From Alphaproteobacteria bacterium (lineage in GTDB: Bacteria > Pseudomonadota > Alphaproteobacteria > UBA828), in assembly GCA_965221125.1 (NCBI GenBank), contig CBDCRW010000001.1, forward strand, positions 1 to 64,000: DNA of 64,000 nucleotides. The letters run 5' to 3'. Both the position numbers and the translations under genes were made by a program. The stretch's first letter is position 1. The number at the start of each line of letters is the position of its first letter. The notes under the pieces are model-generated. The model searched no databases. It had not been told where the DNA came from and worked only from the letters and a program-made list of their open reading frames with translations. This document shows, piece by piece, positions 54,101-62,605 of the stretch.

Positions 54101-56077
54101 ATGATCCACGTAATTGACGACGGGTTGTTTGCCCTTATATCGCCCGTACTTGTCCACTATTCGCTTGCAATACGCCGCGTCATATTTGGGACAATCAGGT
54201 TGGTGGTGAGGAAGCTCAGAAGGGCAACGAGGCAGCTCAAGAAACGAGTGAGACGGCTCGGAAGGCAGACGAGGCGGCTCAAGAGGACAGTAGGGAAGCT
54301 CAAGACGCTAGCGGGGCAACTCAGAAGGCTGTCGAGGCAGATCAAGAAACGGGCGAGACAGCCTAGAAAGCCGGCGAGGCAGCTCAATAGAGTAGCGCGG
54401 AAGATTGGGAAGCTGGCGAGACATCTCGTAAGGCTGGCGAGGCGGCTCAGAAGGCGAGTGAGGCGGTTCAGAAGGGTAGCAGGAAAACTCAAGAGGCTGG
54501 TGAGACAGCTCAGAAGGCAGGTAAAGCGGTTTAGACGTGCAGCGCGAAAGCTCAAGAGGATGGTAAGGAAATTCAAGAGCGCAGTACGGCAATTCAGAAG
54601 GGTCGTGAGGCAACTTAGAAGGGCGGCGACGCGTCGTACGAGAAGGGTAAAGGGGTTTGGACGCACGGGATACAGGCTGGCCCGTTCTCGCGTTTCTTGG
54701 CGGATAGCGACCGGACATCTCACATCCGTTCTGCTCAGACGTTCAGACCCTGAGACCAGGCGATTGTCCACGAAAATACGGCACGCGAACGGGAATCTGT
54801 CCACGCGAATGCTCTTTCTTCTGGGCGATTTCAGGGCGGCGATGGATCAGGCGCTGAGCGACCTCGAATCGTGCCCCGACGACGCAGAGGCACGCATGCT
54901 CGTCGTCGGCTGCGCGATCGAGCTGGGCGATCTCGAATGCGCCCGACGGTATCTGAATCGGCTGGATGCAGGGTCTACGCCCGCCTATCTCAGGGAACAA
55001 CTGCCGTTCTTCCGGTACACGCTCGCCAGAGAAAATGGGCCGGACGGCCCGGTGCAGGCAATCCGGCATCTTGACGACCTGTATCTGGCCATGGGCTGCC
55101 AACCCATTCGCCTGAATCCGGCAGGCATCCACGATCCATTCGATTCGCTTGCGCCCGTTGCGGCGATGAAACCGCGTTGCCGGGATGGCTATCCGCCTCT
55201 ATGCGATGGGCCGCTCGTCTCGGTCGTCATGACCGCCTACAACGTCGAGCATCTGGTGAAGACGTCGGTCATGTCCGTTCTGAACCAGAATTATCGCAAC
55301 CTGGAGCTGATCGTCGTGGACGACTGCAGCACCGATGGCACGCTGGAAACGCTTCGTCTCCTGGAGGAAGAGGACGAGCGCATGCAGGTTATCGCCAAGG
55401 ACACGAACGACGGGACGTACGTCAGCAAGAACCTTGGCATGCTTCGGGCCCGCGGAGAGTTCATGGCGTTTCAGGACAGCGACGACTGGTCGCATCCCGA
55501 CAGGCTCGGAAAGAGCATCGCCGTCCTGGCGTCGGAGCCGGAGACCGTTGCGCTTACGACCAACTGGGTGCGCATGACGACCGAGGGTGACCTTATCCTG
55601 AAAGGCACGAACCGCTACGCATACAAATCGTGCATTTCCCTCGTGTTCCGCAGGAAGGAGGTGCTGCACCGCTCGGGCTTCTTCGATTCCGTTCGCGCCG
55701 GGGCCGATACCGAGTTCGAGGTCAGGAACGGCATCCTGTTCGGCGAACACAGGGTGGCGACGTATGCGTGGCCGCTGGCCTTTGGCCGCGTGCGCCCTGA
55801 ATCGATTACCGCCGACGCCGAATACGGACTGGCGCGGTACGGAGGCAAGCCAATCCGGGAGGAATACCGGAAGGCTTGCCGAAAATGGCACGAGGAAATC
55901 CGCCGCGGCCGTGATGGCTACATGCCGTTTCCTCTTCGCGAAAGACCGTTCGACGCCCCCGGCAAGCTCCTGACCGCGAACGGGACGCCGATGCCCAGCG
56001 AGCTGATCCGGGAGCATCCTGGGTGGATGCGGCCTCATTCTTCAGAGAGGCCAACACGGAGCTCGGCCGCTCGCTGA
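54101..56077 (+). CDS. family 2 glycosyltransferase with N-terminal hydrophobic segment, polycationic heptad repeat and TPR-like helices
   Basis: PLVSVVMTAYN, VVDDCSTDGT, FQDSDDW; start uncertain (54002 or 54101). Confidence 0.82.
   Translation: MIHVIDDGLFALISPVLVHYSLAIRRVIFGTIRLVVRKLRRATRQLKKRVRRLGRQTRRLKRTVGKLKTLAGQLRRLSRQIKKRARQPRKPARQLNRVARKIGKLARHLVRLARRLRRRVRRFRRVAGKLKRLVRQLRRQVKRFRRAARKLKRMVRKFKSAVRQFRRVVRQLRRAATRRTRRVKGFGRTGYRLARSRVSWRIATGHLTSVLLRRSDPETRRLSTKIRHANGNLSTRMLFLLGDFRAAMDQALSDLESCPDDAEARMLVVGCAIELGDLECARRYLNRLDAGSTPAYLREQLPFFRYTLARENGPDGPVQAIRHLDDLYLAMGCQPIRLNPAGIHDPFDSLAPVAAMKPRCRDGYPPLCDGPLVSVVMTAYNVEHLVKTSVMSVLNQNYRNLELIVVDDCSTDGTLETLRLLEEEDERMQVIAKDTNDGTYVSKNLGMLRARGEFMAFQDSDDWSHPDRLGKSIAVLASEPETVALTTNWVRMTTEGDLILKGTNRYAYKSCISLVFRRKEVLHRSGFFDSVRAGADTEFEVRNGILFGEHRVATYAWPLAFGRVRPESITADAEYGLARYGGKPIREEYRKACRKWHEEIRRGRDGYMPFPLRERPFDAPGKLLTANGTPMPSELIREHPGWMRPHSSERPTRSSAAR
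54206..54625 (+). repeat. about 20 degenerate tandem 21-bp units (consensus approx. GYGAGGCAGCTCARAAGGSYR) encoding [VA]-R-[QK]-L-[RK]-R-x
   Basis: direct reading of the sequence and translation: VRKLRRA TRQLKKR VRRLGRQ ... VRQFRRV VRQLRRA. Confidence 0.9.
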
Positions 56078-56168
56078 TGGCCGAGGCGCGCTTGCGGTCC
56101 CGGACGCTCCGGTGCCTTGATCCGGTGGCGCCGGCGCTGGACGGCGATCGGCCGGCAGCGGCGGGGTG

Positions 56169-57929
56169 CTATGCCTCGCTCTCACCCGCTGGCGCCGTCA
56201 CGCGGATCGTCACGATGTCGGCGCCGTGGTACTGCTGATGGCGGACGGAGGACGCGAGCCGGCGCAACAGCCGCAGCGAGACCTCCTGCTCGGCCGAGAC
56301 CTCGCCGGGCTGGTCGCCGAGCAGCGACAGGCGATCCTGGATATTGCCCTCGCGCGAGGCGACGACGAACTCGAGAACGGCGCCATCGCCCTCTCGGTAG
56401 GCCACCAGGCGCAGGCGGCGCTCCTCCTTCTCCTCTTTCGCGTCCTCCTGCTGCAAGAGCGTCAGCAGCGCCTCTTCGCAGACGGCGTCGAGGCGGGCGG
56501 TCATCGCCTCGTCCCAGCCGCTGCGGGTGGCGAAGGCGGCGAGAAAGTCCCTGATCTCGGGCAGGATCGAGTGATCGAAGGGCGCCTCGATGCGGCTGCG
56601 GCGGGGCCTCGTCAGCTCCACGAAGGCGGTCATCAGGATGGCCGTGAGACCGCCGGCCGTGACCCCGTTGCGCAGGAGGCCGCCCGCGAATTCCGCGACG
56701 TGCTCGGGAAACACCAGGTCGTTCTGGAAGCCGACGCCGATCCAGAACGAGACGCCGACGATCAGCCCCTTGCGGTAGTCGATGCCGTCCTGGATGGCGA
56801 TCCTCATGCCGATCACGAAGAGCGTCGCCAGCAGCACGCCGAGATAGGCGGCGATCACCGGCCCCGGTATCGCCAGCACCAGCGCCAGCAGCTTGGGCAG
56901 GAACGCCACCGCGAAGAAGACCGCCCCGCAGGCGACGCCGACGCTGCGGGCGCCCACGCCGGTGAGCTCGGTCACCGATGCGCCCACGGTGGTGGCGGTG
57001 TTCGGCGTCGTGCCCACGAGGCCGGAGAGCACGTTGCCGAGCGTATCCACGGTGACCGCCCCCTGGACCGCGCGAAAATCCACCGCCCGCGGCCTGCGCC
57101 ACGAGACCCGCTGGATCGCGACGGCGCCGCTGATGGAGCGGATCGTGGCGATCACCGCCACCAGGAGGAAGGCCGGAAGCAGCGCCCAGAACGACGGCCC
57201 GAAGTCGACATCGAAGCCCGCCCACTCGCCCGCCGGCACGCCGACCCAGGGTGCGTCCACCACGCGGCCCGCGTCGTAGAGGCCGAATGCGGCGGCGACG
57301 CCCGTGCCGGCGACGACGCCGATGACCGGCGCCCAGAGGCGGAGCGCGCCCGACGCCTTGAGCGCGATGGCAGCAAGCACGAGCACCACCGCTAACGCGC
57401 TCAACGGCGCCGCCAAAGCGGGGGTCCCCTCCGGCACCGCAGCCAGGAGCTTGAAGACGGCCGGCATCACAGTGACCGGAATCAGCATGATCACGGTGCC
57501 CGAGACCGTCGGCGTCAGGATCCGCTGGAAGAGCGCGAGACGAACGGAAATCAGGAACGGAACGAGGGAGGAGATGATGACCAGCGTGGCCAGCAAGGCC
57601 GGGCCGCCGGCCGCGACCGCATTGATGCAGACCGCGATGAAGGCCCCGGAGGCGCCCATGATGAGCACGTGGCCAGAGCCGATCCGCCCGGTGCGGAGCG
57701 ATTGCAGCGCCGTGGTCAGGCCGCAGATCGCAACCGTGCCGAACACCGCCCACGAGAGGTAGTCCTCGCTCGCGCCGGCGGCACGCATCACGATGGTGGG
57801 CACCAGGATGATGCCGGCGATGGTGAGCACGGCGATCTGAACGCCGAGCCCGAAGGCGAGCGCGGCCGGCGGCCTCTCGTCCGGCTGGTAGCGGAGGCCG
57901 GTGCGGCCCCCGGACCCGTTCGCGCTCAT
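56169..57929 (-). CDS. NCS2 (xanthine/uracil permease-family) membrane protein with C-terminal RsbW/HATPase-like extension
   Basis: YQPDERPP..L..GLG.Q, TTALQ..R.GRIGSG, LTPTVSGTVI, ELTGV, F.PK..A...AIP.PV; about 145-aa soluble tail. Confidence 0.8.
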   Translation of the reverse strand: MSANGSGGRTGLRYQPDERPPAALAFGLGVQIAVLTIAGIILVPTIVMRAAGASEDYLSWAVFGTVAICGLTTALQSLRTGRIGSGHVLIMGASGAFIAVCINAVAAGGPALLATLVIISSLVPFLISVRLALFQRILTPTVSGTVIMLIPVTVMPAVFKLLAAVPEGTPALAAPLSALAVVLVLAAIALKASGALRLWAPVIGVVAGTGVAAAFGLYDAGRVVDAPWVGVPAGEWAGFDVDFGPSFWALLPAFLLVAVIATIRSISGAVAIQRVSWRRPRAVDFRAVQGAVTVDTLGNVLSGLVGTTPNTATTVGASVTELTGVGARSVGVACGAVFFAVAFLPKLLALVLAIPGPVIAAYLGVLLATLFVIGMRIAIQDGIDYRKGLIVGVSFWIGVGFQNDLVFPEHVAEFAGGLLRNGVTAGGLTAILMTAFVELTRPRRSRIEAPFDHSILPEIRDFLAAFATRSGWDEAMTARLDAVCEEALLTLLQQEDAKEEKEERRLRLVAYREGDGAVLEFVVASREGNIQDRLSLLGDQPGEVSAEQEVSLRLLRRLASSVRHQQYHGADIVTIRVTAPAGESEA

Positions 57930-58234
57930 GCTGAAGCTCGCCGACCTCGCTGGTCTCTGCCGTCCGCACGCATCATTGGGGCTTCGATGGCCGCTGTCGA
58001 CCCGTTCCTCTCCAACCTCGATACCGGACATCGGCGGTGGTAGCCGCAGCGCCGGCGGCATCCCCAGGGAATTCCTCGCCTCGGGGGGACTCGTTGGCCT
58101 TGACGCCGGTGGCTAGCCGAGTGGTCCGCGAATCCCCCGAAGCCGACTCCCACGATCGCGAAATAGCGCGTATTGATAGATCGACTTCAACACCAACACT
58201 GGCCGCTCGAGCGGCCGCCAACGGGAGATGGACC

Positions 58235-58765
58235 ATGAGCGACGAGTTGCGCACCCTGATCGCCGAAACGCAGGAGGCCTTCCGCACCGACCCGGCGGAG
58301 GCGCAAGCAACCTTCGAATCCGTGTCGTCCCTGGGCGAGGGCTTCCGCTCCGAGGTGGCGCTCCGCGACCACCGTCTGGTGGTGGACGAGCCGGAGAGCC
58401 TGGGCGGCACTGACACGGGGCCGAACCCGGTGGAGCTGATCCTGGCCGCGCTCGGCACCTGCCAGGAGATCACGTACCGCGCCTATGCCGCCGCCCTCGG
58501 CATCCCGCTGGAGCATGTCTCGGTGACGCTGGAGGGCGACATCGACCTGCGGGGCTTCTTCGCCGTCGACGAGTCCGTCAGGCCGGGCTACCAGGGCCTG
58601 CGCGGCACGGTGCGCGTCGTCTCGTCGGCGGACGAGGAGACGCTGGCAACGCTCCAGCAGGCGGTCAACGCGCACTGCCCGGTGCTCGACATCGTCTCCA
58701 ACCCGGTGCCGGTCGAGCTCACCCTGGAGAAGGCGGAGAGCGCCAGCGCCGAAGCAGCGGAATAG
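58235..58765 (+). CDS. OsmC/Ohr family protein
   Basis: DEPESLGG.DTGPNPVE..LAALGTC, GDIDLRGF, HCPV. Confidence 0.88.
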   Translation: MSDELRTLIAETQEAFRTDPAEAQATFESVSSLGEGFRSEVALRDHRLVVDEPESLGGTDTGPNPVELILAALGTCQEITYRAYAAALGIPLEHVSVTLEGDIDLRGFFAVDESVRPGYQGLRGTVRVVSSADEETLATLQQAVNAHCPVLDIVSNPVPVELTLEKAESASAEAAE

Positions 58766-58847
58766 GGTGCGGGGACAGACATTGCGCCATGCCTCGGCTA
58801 AGCTGGGCGCAGTCAGGACACGCATCTAGACTCAAGGGAGACTCTCC

Positions 58848-59831
58848 ATGAAACGACTGATCGTCGCCGCGCTCGCGGCGGCAGGCATCGCCGTGGGCGG
58901 CATGGCCCAGGCGGAGGACTTCACGCCGGCCGTCGTCTTCGACATGGGCGGCAAGTTCGACAAATCGTTCAACGAGGCCGCGTTCAACGGCGCCGAGAAG
59001 TTCAAGGCGGACACCGGCGTGCAGTACCGCGAGTTCGAGGTCACCAACCCGTCGATGCGCGAGCAGGCGCTCCGCAACATGGCGCGGCGCGGCGCGCAGG
59101 TGGTGGTGGCCATGGGCTTCGCCCAGGCGGCGGCGGTCGAGACCGTGGCGCAGGAGTTCCCCGAGACCAAGTTCACGCTCATCGACATGGTGGTGGACCT
59201 GCCCAACGTGCAGTCCGTGATCTTCAAGGAGCACGAGGGCTCCTTCCTCGTCGGCATGGCGGCCGCGATGGCGTCGCAGACCGGCAAGGTGGGCTTCGTC
59301 GGCGGCATGGACATCCCGCTCATCCGCAAGTTCGCGCTGGGCTACGTCGAGGGCGCGAAGCACGTCAATCCCGACATCGAGATCTTCCAGAACATGACCG
59401 GGACGACGCCGGCCGCCTGGAACGACCCGACCAAGGGCGGCGAGCTCGCGCGCAGCCAGTTCGACCGGGGCGCGGACGTGGTCTACGCCGCCGCCGGCGG
59501 CACCGGCATCGGCGTCTACCAGGCCGCGAAGGACGCCGGCAAGCTCGCCATCGGCGTGGACAGCAACCAGAACTACATCCACCCCGGCACGATGCTGACC
59601 TCGATGATCAAGCGCGTGGACGTGGCGGTCTACGAATCCTTCAAGGCCGCCCAGGACGGCACCTGGCAGGGCGGCATCCAGGTGCTTGGCCTCGCCGAGG
59701 ACGGCGTCGGCTGGGCGGTCGACGAGCACAACCGCAGCCTCGTCTCGGACGAGATGGAGGCCGCGGTCGAGCAGGCGCGCGAGGACATCATCGCCGGCAC
59801 CATCCAGGTGACCGACTACATGGCGCAGTAG
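58848..59831 (+). CDS. BMP-family (nucleoside/purine) ABC substrate-binding protein
   Basis: DKSFNE, FKEHEGSFLVG, GFVGG, AAGGTG.G, IGVDSNQ, TSMIKRVD. Confidence 0.92.
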   Translation: MKRLIVAALAAAGIAVGGMAQAEDFTPAVVFDMGGKFDKSFNEAAFNGAEKFKADTGVQYREFEVTNPSMREQALRNMARRGAQVVVAMGFAQAAAVETVAQEFPETKFTLIDMVVDLPNVQSVIFKEHEGSFLVGMAAAMASQTGKVGFVGGMDIPLIRKFALGYVEGAKHVNPDIEIFQNMTGTTPAAWNDPTKGGELARSQFDRGADVVYAAAGGTGIGVYQAAKDAGKLAIGVDSNQNYIHPGTMLTSMIKRVDVAVYESFKAAQDGTWQGGIQVLGLAEDGVGWAVDEHNRSLVSDEMEAAVEQAREDIIAGTIQVTDYMAQ

Positions 59832-59874
59832 CGCGCGGGCGCCGGCCCAGGCCGGCCAGCGAGGCGCAAGCCCC

Positions 59875-61476
59875 GTGACGGGGGAGGAACACCGGGGGGC
59901 TGCGGCAGAGCGCGGCCCCTCGGGCGGGCCCAGTGTGCCCGCGCTCGAGGTCGCCGGCATCCAGAAGTGGTTCGGCTCGGTGCACGCGAACGACGACGTG
60001 TCGGTCGCGGTGGCGCCGGGCACGATCCACGGCATCATCGGCGAGAACGGCGCCGGCAAGTCGACGCTGATGAGCATCGTCTACGGCTACTACCAGGCCG
60101 ACGGCGGCGAGATCAGGGTGGGCGGCGAGGCGGTCACCATCAAGGGGCCCGAGGACGCCATCGGCCACGGCATCGGCATGGTCCACCAGCACTTCATGCT
60201 CGTGGACACCTTCACCGTGCTGGAGAACGTGGTGCTCGGCGTCGAGAAGGGCTACCTGCTGCGCTCCACGCTCGCCGAGGCCAGGCGGGAGCTGGAGCGG
60301 CTGGAGCGCGAGTACGGGCTCGACGTCGACCCCGACGCCATCGTGGGCTCGCTGCCCGTCGGCCTGCAGCAACGCGTCGAGATCCTGAAGGCGCTCTACC
60401 GCGGCGCCGACATCCTGATCCTGGACGAGCCGACGGGCGTGCTCACGCCGCAGGAGGTCGACGACCTCTTCCGTATCCTCCGCGCGCTCCGCGACCAGGG
60501 CCGCACCATCGTCCTCATCACCCACAAGCTGCGCGAGATCATGGCGCTCACCGACCGGGTCACCGTGATGCGCGCGGGCCGCGTGGTCGATCACGTGGCG
60601 ACGGCGGAAACCGACCGCGCCCAGCTCGCCGCGATGATGGTGGGGCGCAGCGTGCTGCTGCGCGTGGACAAGGACGAGGCCGCGCCGGGGGACGCCCTGC
60701 TGCAGGTGGAGAACCTCGCGGTGCGGGATCGCGGCGGCGTGCTGCGCGTGCACGACGTGAGCTTCGCCGTCCACGCCGGTGAGATCGTGGGCATCGCCGG
60801 CGTGGCAGGCAACGGCCAGTCGGAACTGCTGGAGGCGCTGGCCGGCACGCTTGGCCGCGAGCGCGGCAGCATCGCCATCGGCGGGGCGCCTGCGCCCGCC
60901 GGCGGCCGCGCCGAAGCCGCACGCGCCATGCGCCGGCGCGGGCTCGGCCACGTGCCGGAGGACCGCCAGCGCATGGGGCTGGTAACCGCCTTCGACGCCT
61001 CCGAGAGCGGCATCCTCGGCTACCACCGCGAGCAGCGCTACAACCCGCGCATGCTCATGAGCCGGGGCGCGGTCACGGACGCCGTGGGGAGCACGATGGA
61101 GGACTTCGACGTGCGCCCGCCGCTGCCCCACCTGCGCACGGCGAATTTCTCCGGCGGCAACCAGCAGAAGATCGTGGTCGGCCGCGAGATGGGCCGCAGC
61201 CCCGACGTGCTGCTGGTGGGCCAGCCCACGCGCGGCGTCGATATCGGCGCCATCGAGTTCATCCACCGCAAGCTCGTGGCCATGCGCGATGCGGGCAAGG
61301 CGATCCTGCTGGTCTCGGTCGAGCTCGACGAGATCATGTCGCTCTCGGACCGCATCCTGGTGATGTTCGACGGCGCCATCGTGGGCGAGGTGGCGCAGGC
61401 GGACGCGGACGAGCGCACGCTCGGCCTGATGATGGCCGGCGAGAGCGCGGACGGCGCGGAGGCCGCCGGGGCGTGA
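59875..61476 (+). CDS. nucleoside/sugar ABC ATPase with two NBDs
   Basis: GENGAGKSTL, GMVHQHF, DEPT.VLTPQE, SGGNQQK, QPTRGVDIGA. Confidence 0.92.
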   Translation: MTGEEHRGAAAERGPSGGPSVPALEVAGIQKWFGSVHANDDVSVAVAPGTIHGIIGENGAGKSTLMSIVYGYYQADGGEIRVGGEAVTIKGPEDAIGHGIGMVHQHFMLVDTFTVLENVVLGVEKGYLLRSTLAEARRELERLEREYGLDVDPDAIVGSLPVGLQQRVEILKALYRGADILILDEPTGVLTPQEVDDLFRILRALRDQGRTIVLITHKLREIMALTDRVTVMRAGRVVDHVATAETDRAQLAAMMVGRSVLLRVDKDEAAPGDALLQVENLAVRDRGGVLRVHDVSFAVHAGEIVGIAGVAGNGQSELLEALAGTLGRERGSIAIGGAPAPAGGRAEAARAMRRRGLGHVPEDRQRMGLVTAFDASESGILGYHREQRYNPRMLMSRGAVTDAVGSTMEDFDVRPPLPHLRTANFSGGNQQKIVVGREMGRSPDVLLVGQPTRGVDIGAIEFIHRKLVAMRDAGKAILLVSVELDEIMSLSDRILVMFDGAIVGEVAQADADERTLGLMMAGESADGAEAAGA

Positions 61477-62588
61477 AGGGCTTCGGCGGGCCGACGCAAG
61501 CGCCCGGCTGGGTCACCCACGGGCTGGTCCCGCTCATCAACCTCGGGCTCGCGCTGCTCATCGCCGGCATCATCATCGCGCTCATCGGCGAGAACCCGTT
61601 CGAGGCGCTCAGGCTGCTCGTCCTCGGCGCGGTGGGGTATCCGGAGGCGATCGGTTACACGCTCTACTACACCACCAACTTCGTCTTCACCGGGCTCGCC
61701 GTCGCCATCGCCTTCCACTGCGGCCTTTTCAACATCGGCGGCGAGGGCCAGGCCTATCTCGGCGGCCTCGGCGCGGGCCTGATCGGGCTCTACCTCGGCC
61801 ACTGGCCGGCGTTCGTGGCGATCCCGCTCGCCATCGCCTGCGCCATGGCCTTCGGCGCCTTCTGGGCCTTCATCCCCGGCTGGCTGCAGGCGAAGCGCGG
61901 CAGCCACATCGTCATCACGACGATCATGTTCAACTTCCTGGCCGCCGCGCTGATGACCTATCTGCTGGTCGAGATCTTCATCAAGCCGGGCCAGCAGGCG
62001 GCGGAGAGCCGCACCTTCGAGACTGGCGTGTGGCTGCCCTTCGTCCACGACGTCTTCGCGGCCTTCGGCGCCAACATCGGCCGCTCCTCGCTCAACCTGA
62101 GCATCGTGGTCGCCGCCGCCTGCCTCGTGGCGTTCTGGTTCTTCGTCTGGCGCACGCGCTGGGGCTACGAGATCCGCGCCGTCGGCCACAACGAATCGGC
62201 GGCGGTCTACGGCGGCATTTCGCCGGCGCGCTCGATCATGCTGGCGATGGCGATCTCCGGCGGCCTCGCCGGCCTCGTCGGCGTCAACGAGATCATCGGC
62301 GTCCACCACCGGCTGCTGCTCGAGTTCACGGCGGGCTACGGCTTCGTCGGCATCGCGGTGGCGCTGATGGGCCGCAACCACCCGGTGGGCATCGTGCTGG
62401 CTGCGCTGCTCTTCGGCGTGCTCTACCAGGGCGGCTCGGAACTGGCCTTCGACATGCCCAACGTGACGCGCGACATGGTGGTCGTCCTGCAAGGGCTGGT
62501 GATCCTCTTCTCCGGCGCGCTGGAGCACATGTTCCGCGGGCGGATCGAGCGCCTGTTCGCGCGCCGCGCGCGGGCGGTGGCGGCGTAA
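61473..62588 (+). CDS. nucleoside ABC permease 1
   Basis: GLFNIGGEGQ, VITTIMFN, GYEIRAVG, GIAVALMGRN.P.G. Confidence 0.9.
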   Translation: MKGFGGPTQAPGWVTHGLVPLINLGLALLIAGIIIALIGENPFEALRLLVLGAVGYPEAIGYTLYYTTNFVFTGLAVAIAFHCGLFNIGGEGQAYLGGLGAGLIGLYLGHWPAFVAIPLAIACAMAFGAFWAFIPGWLQAKRGSHIVITTIMFNFLAAALMTYLLVEIFIKPGQQAAESRTFETGVWLPFVHDVFAAFGANIGRSSLNLSIVVAAACLVAFWFFVWRTRWGYEIRAVGHNESAAVYGGISPARSIMLAMAISGGLAGLVGVNEIIGVHHRLLLEFTAGYGFVGIAVALMGRNHPVGIVLAALLFGVLYQGGSELAFDMPNVTRDMVVVLQGLVILFSGALEHMFRGRIERLFARRARAVAA

Positions 62589-62605
62589 GGGGGGGCGGGG
62601 CCGCC

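Noticed and set aside
54206-54625. Possible CRISPR array
   Set aside because: Units are contiguous, degenerate and in-frame 21-mers with no unique spacers, and no cas genes are present.
54157-54804. 215-aa Leu/Ser-rich antisense ORF across the heptad array
   Set aside because: Stop-free antisense frame is explained by the repeat unit; no start context or independent evidence.
57930-58234. Riboswitch or sRNA between the NCS2 and OsmC genes (includes perfect palindrome GGCCGCTCGAGCGGCC at 58201-58216)
   Set aside because: No recognisable purine, SAM, TPP or Moco riboswitch consensus by eye; an Infernal/Rfam search would be needed.
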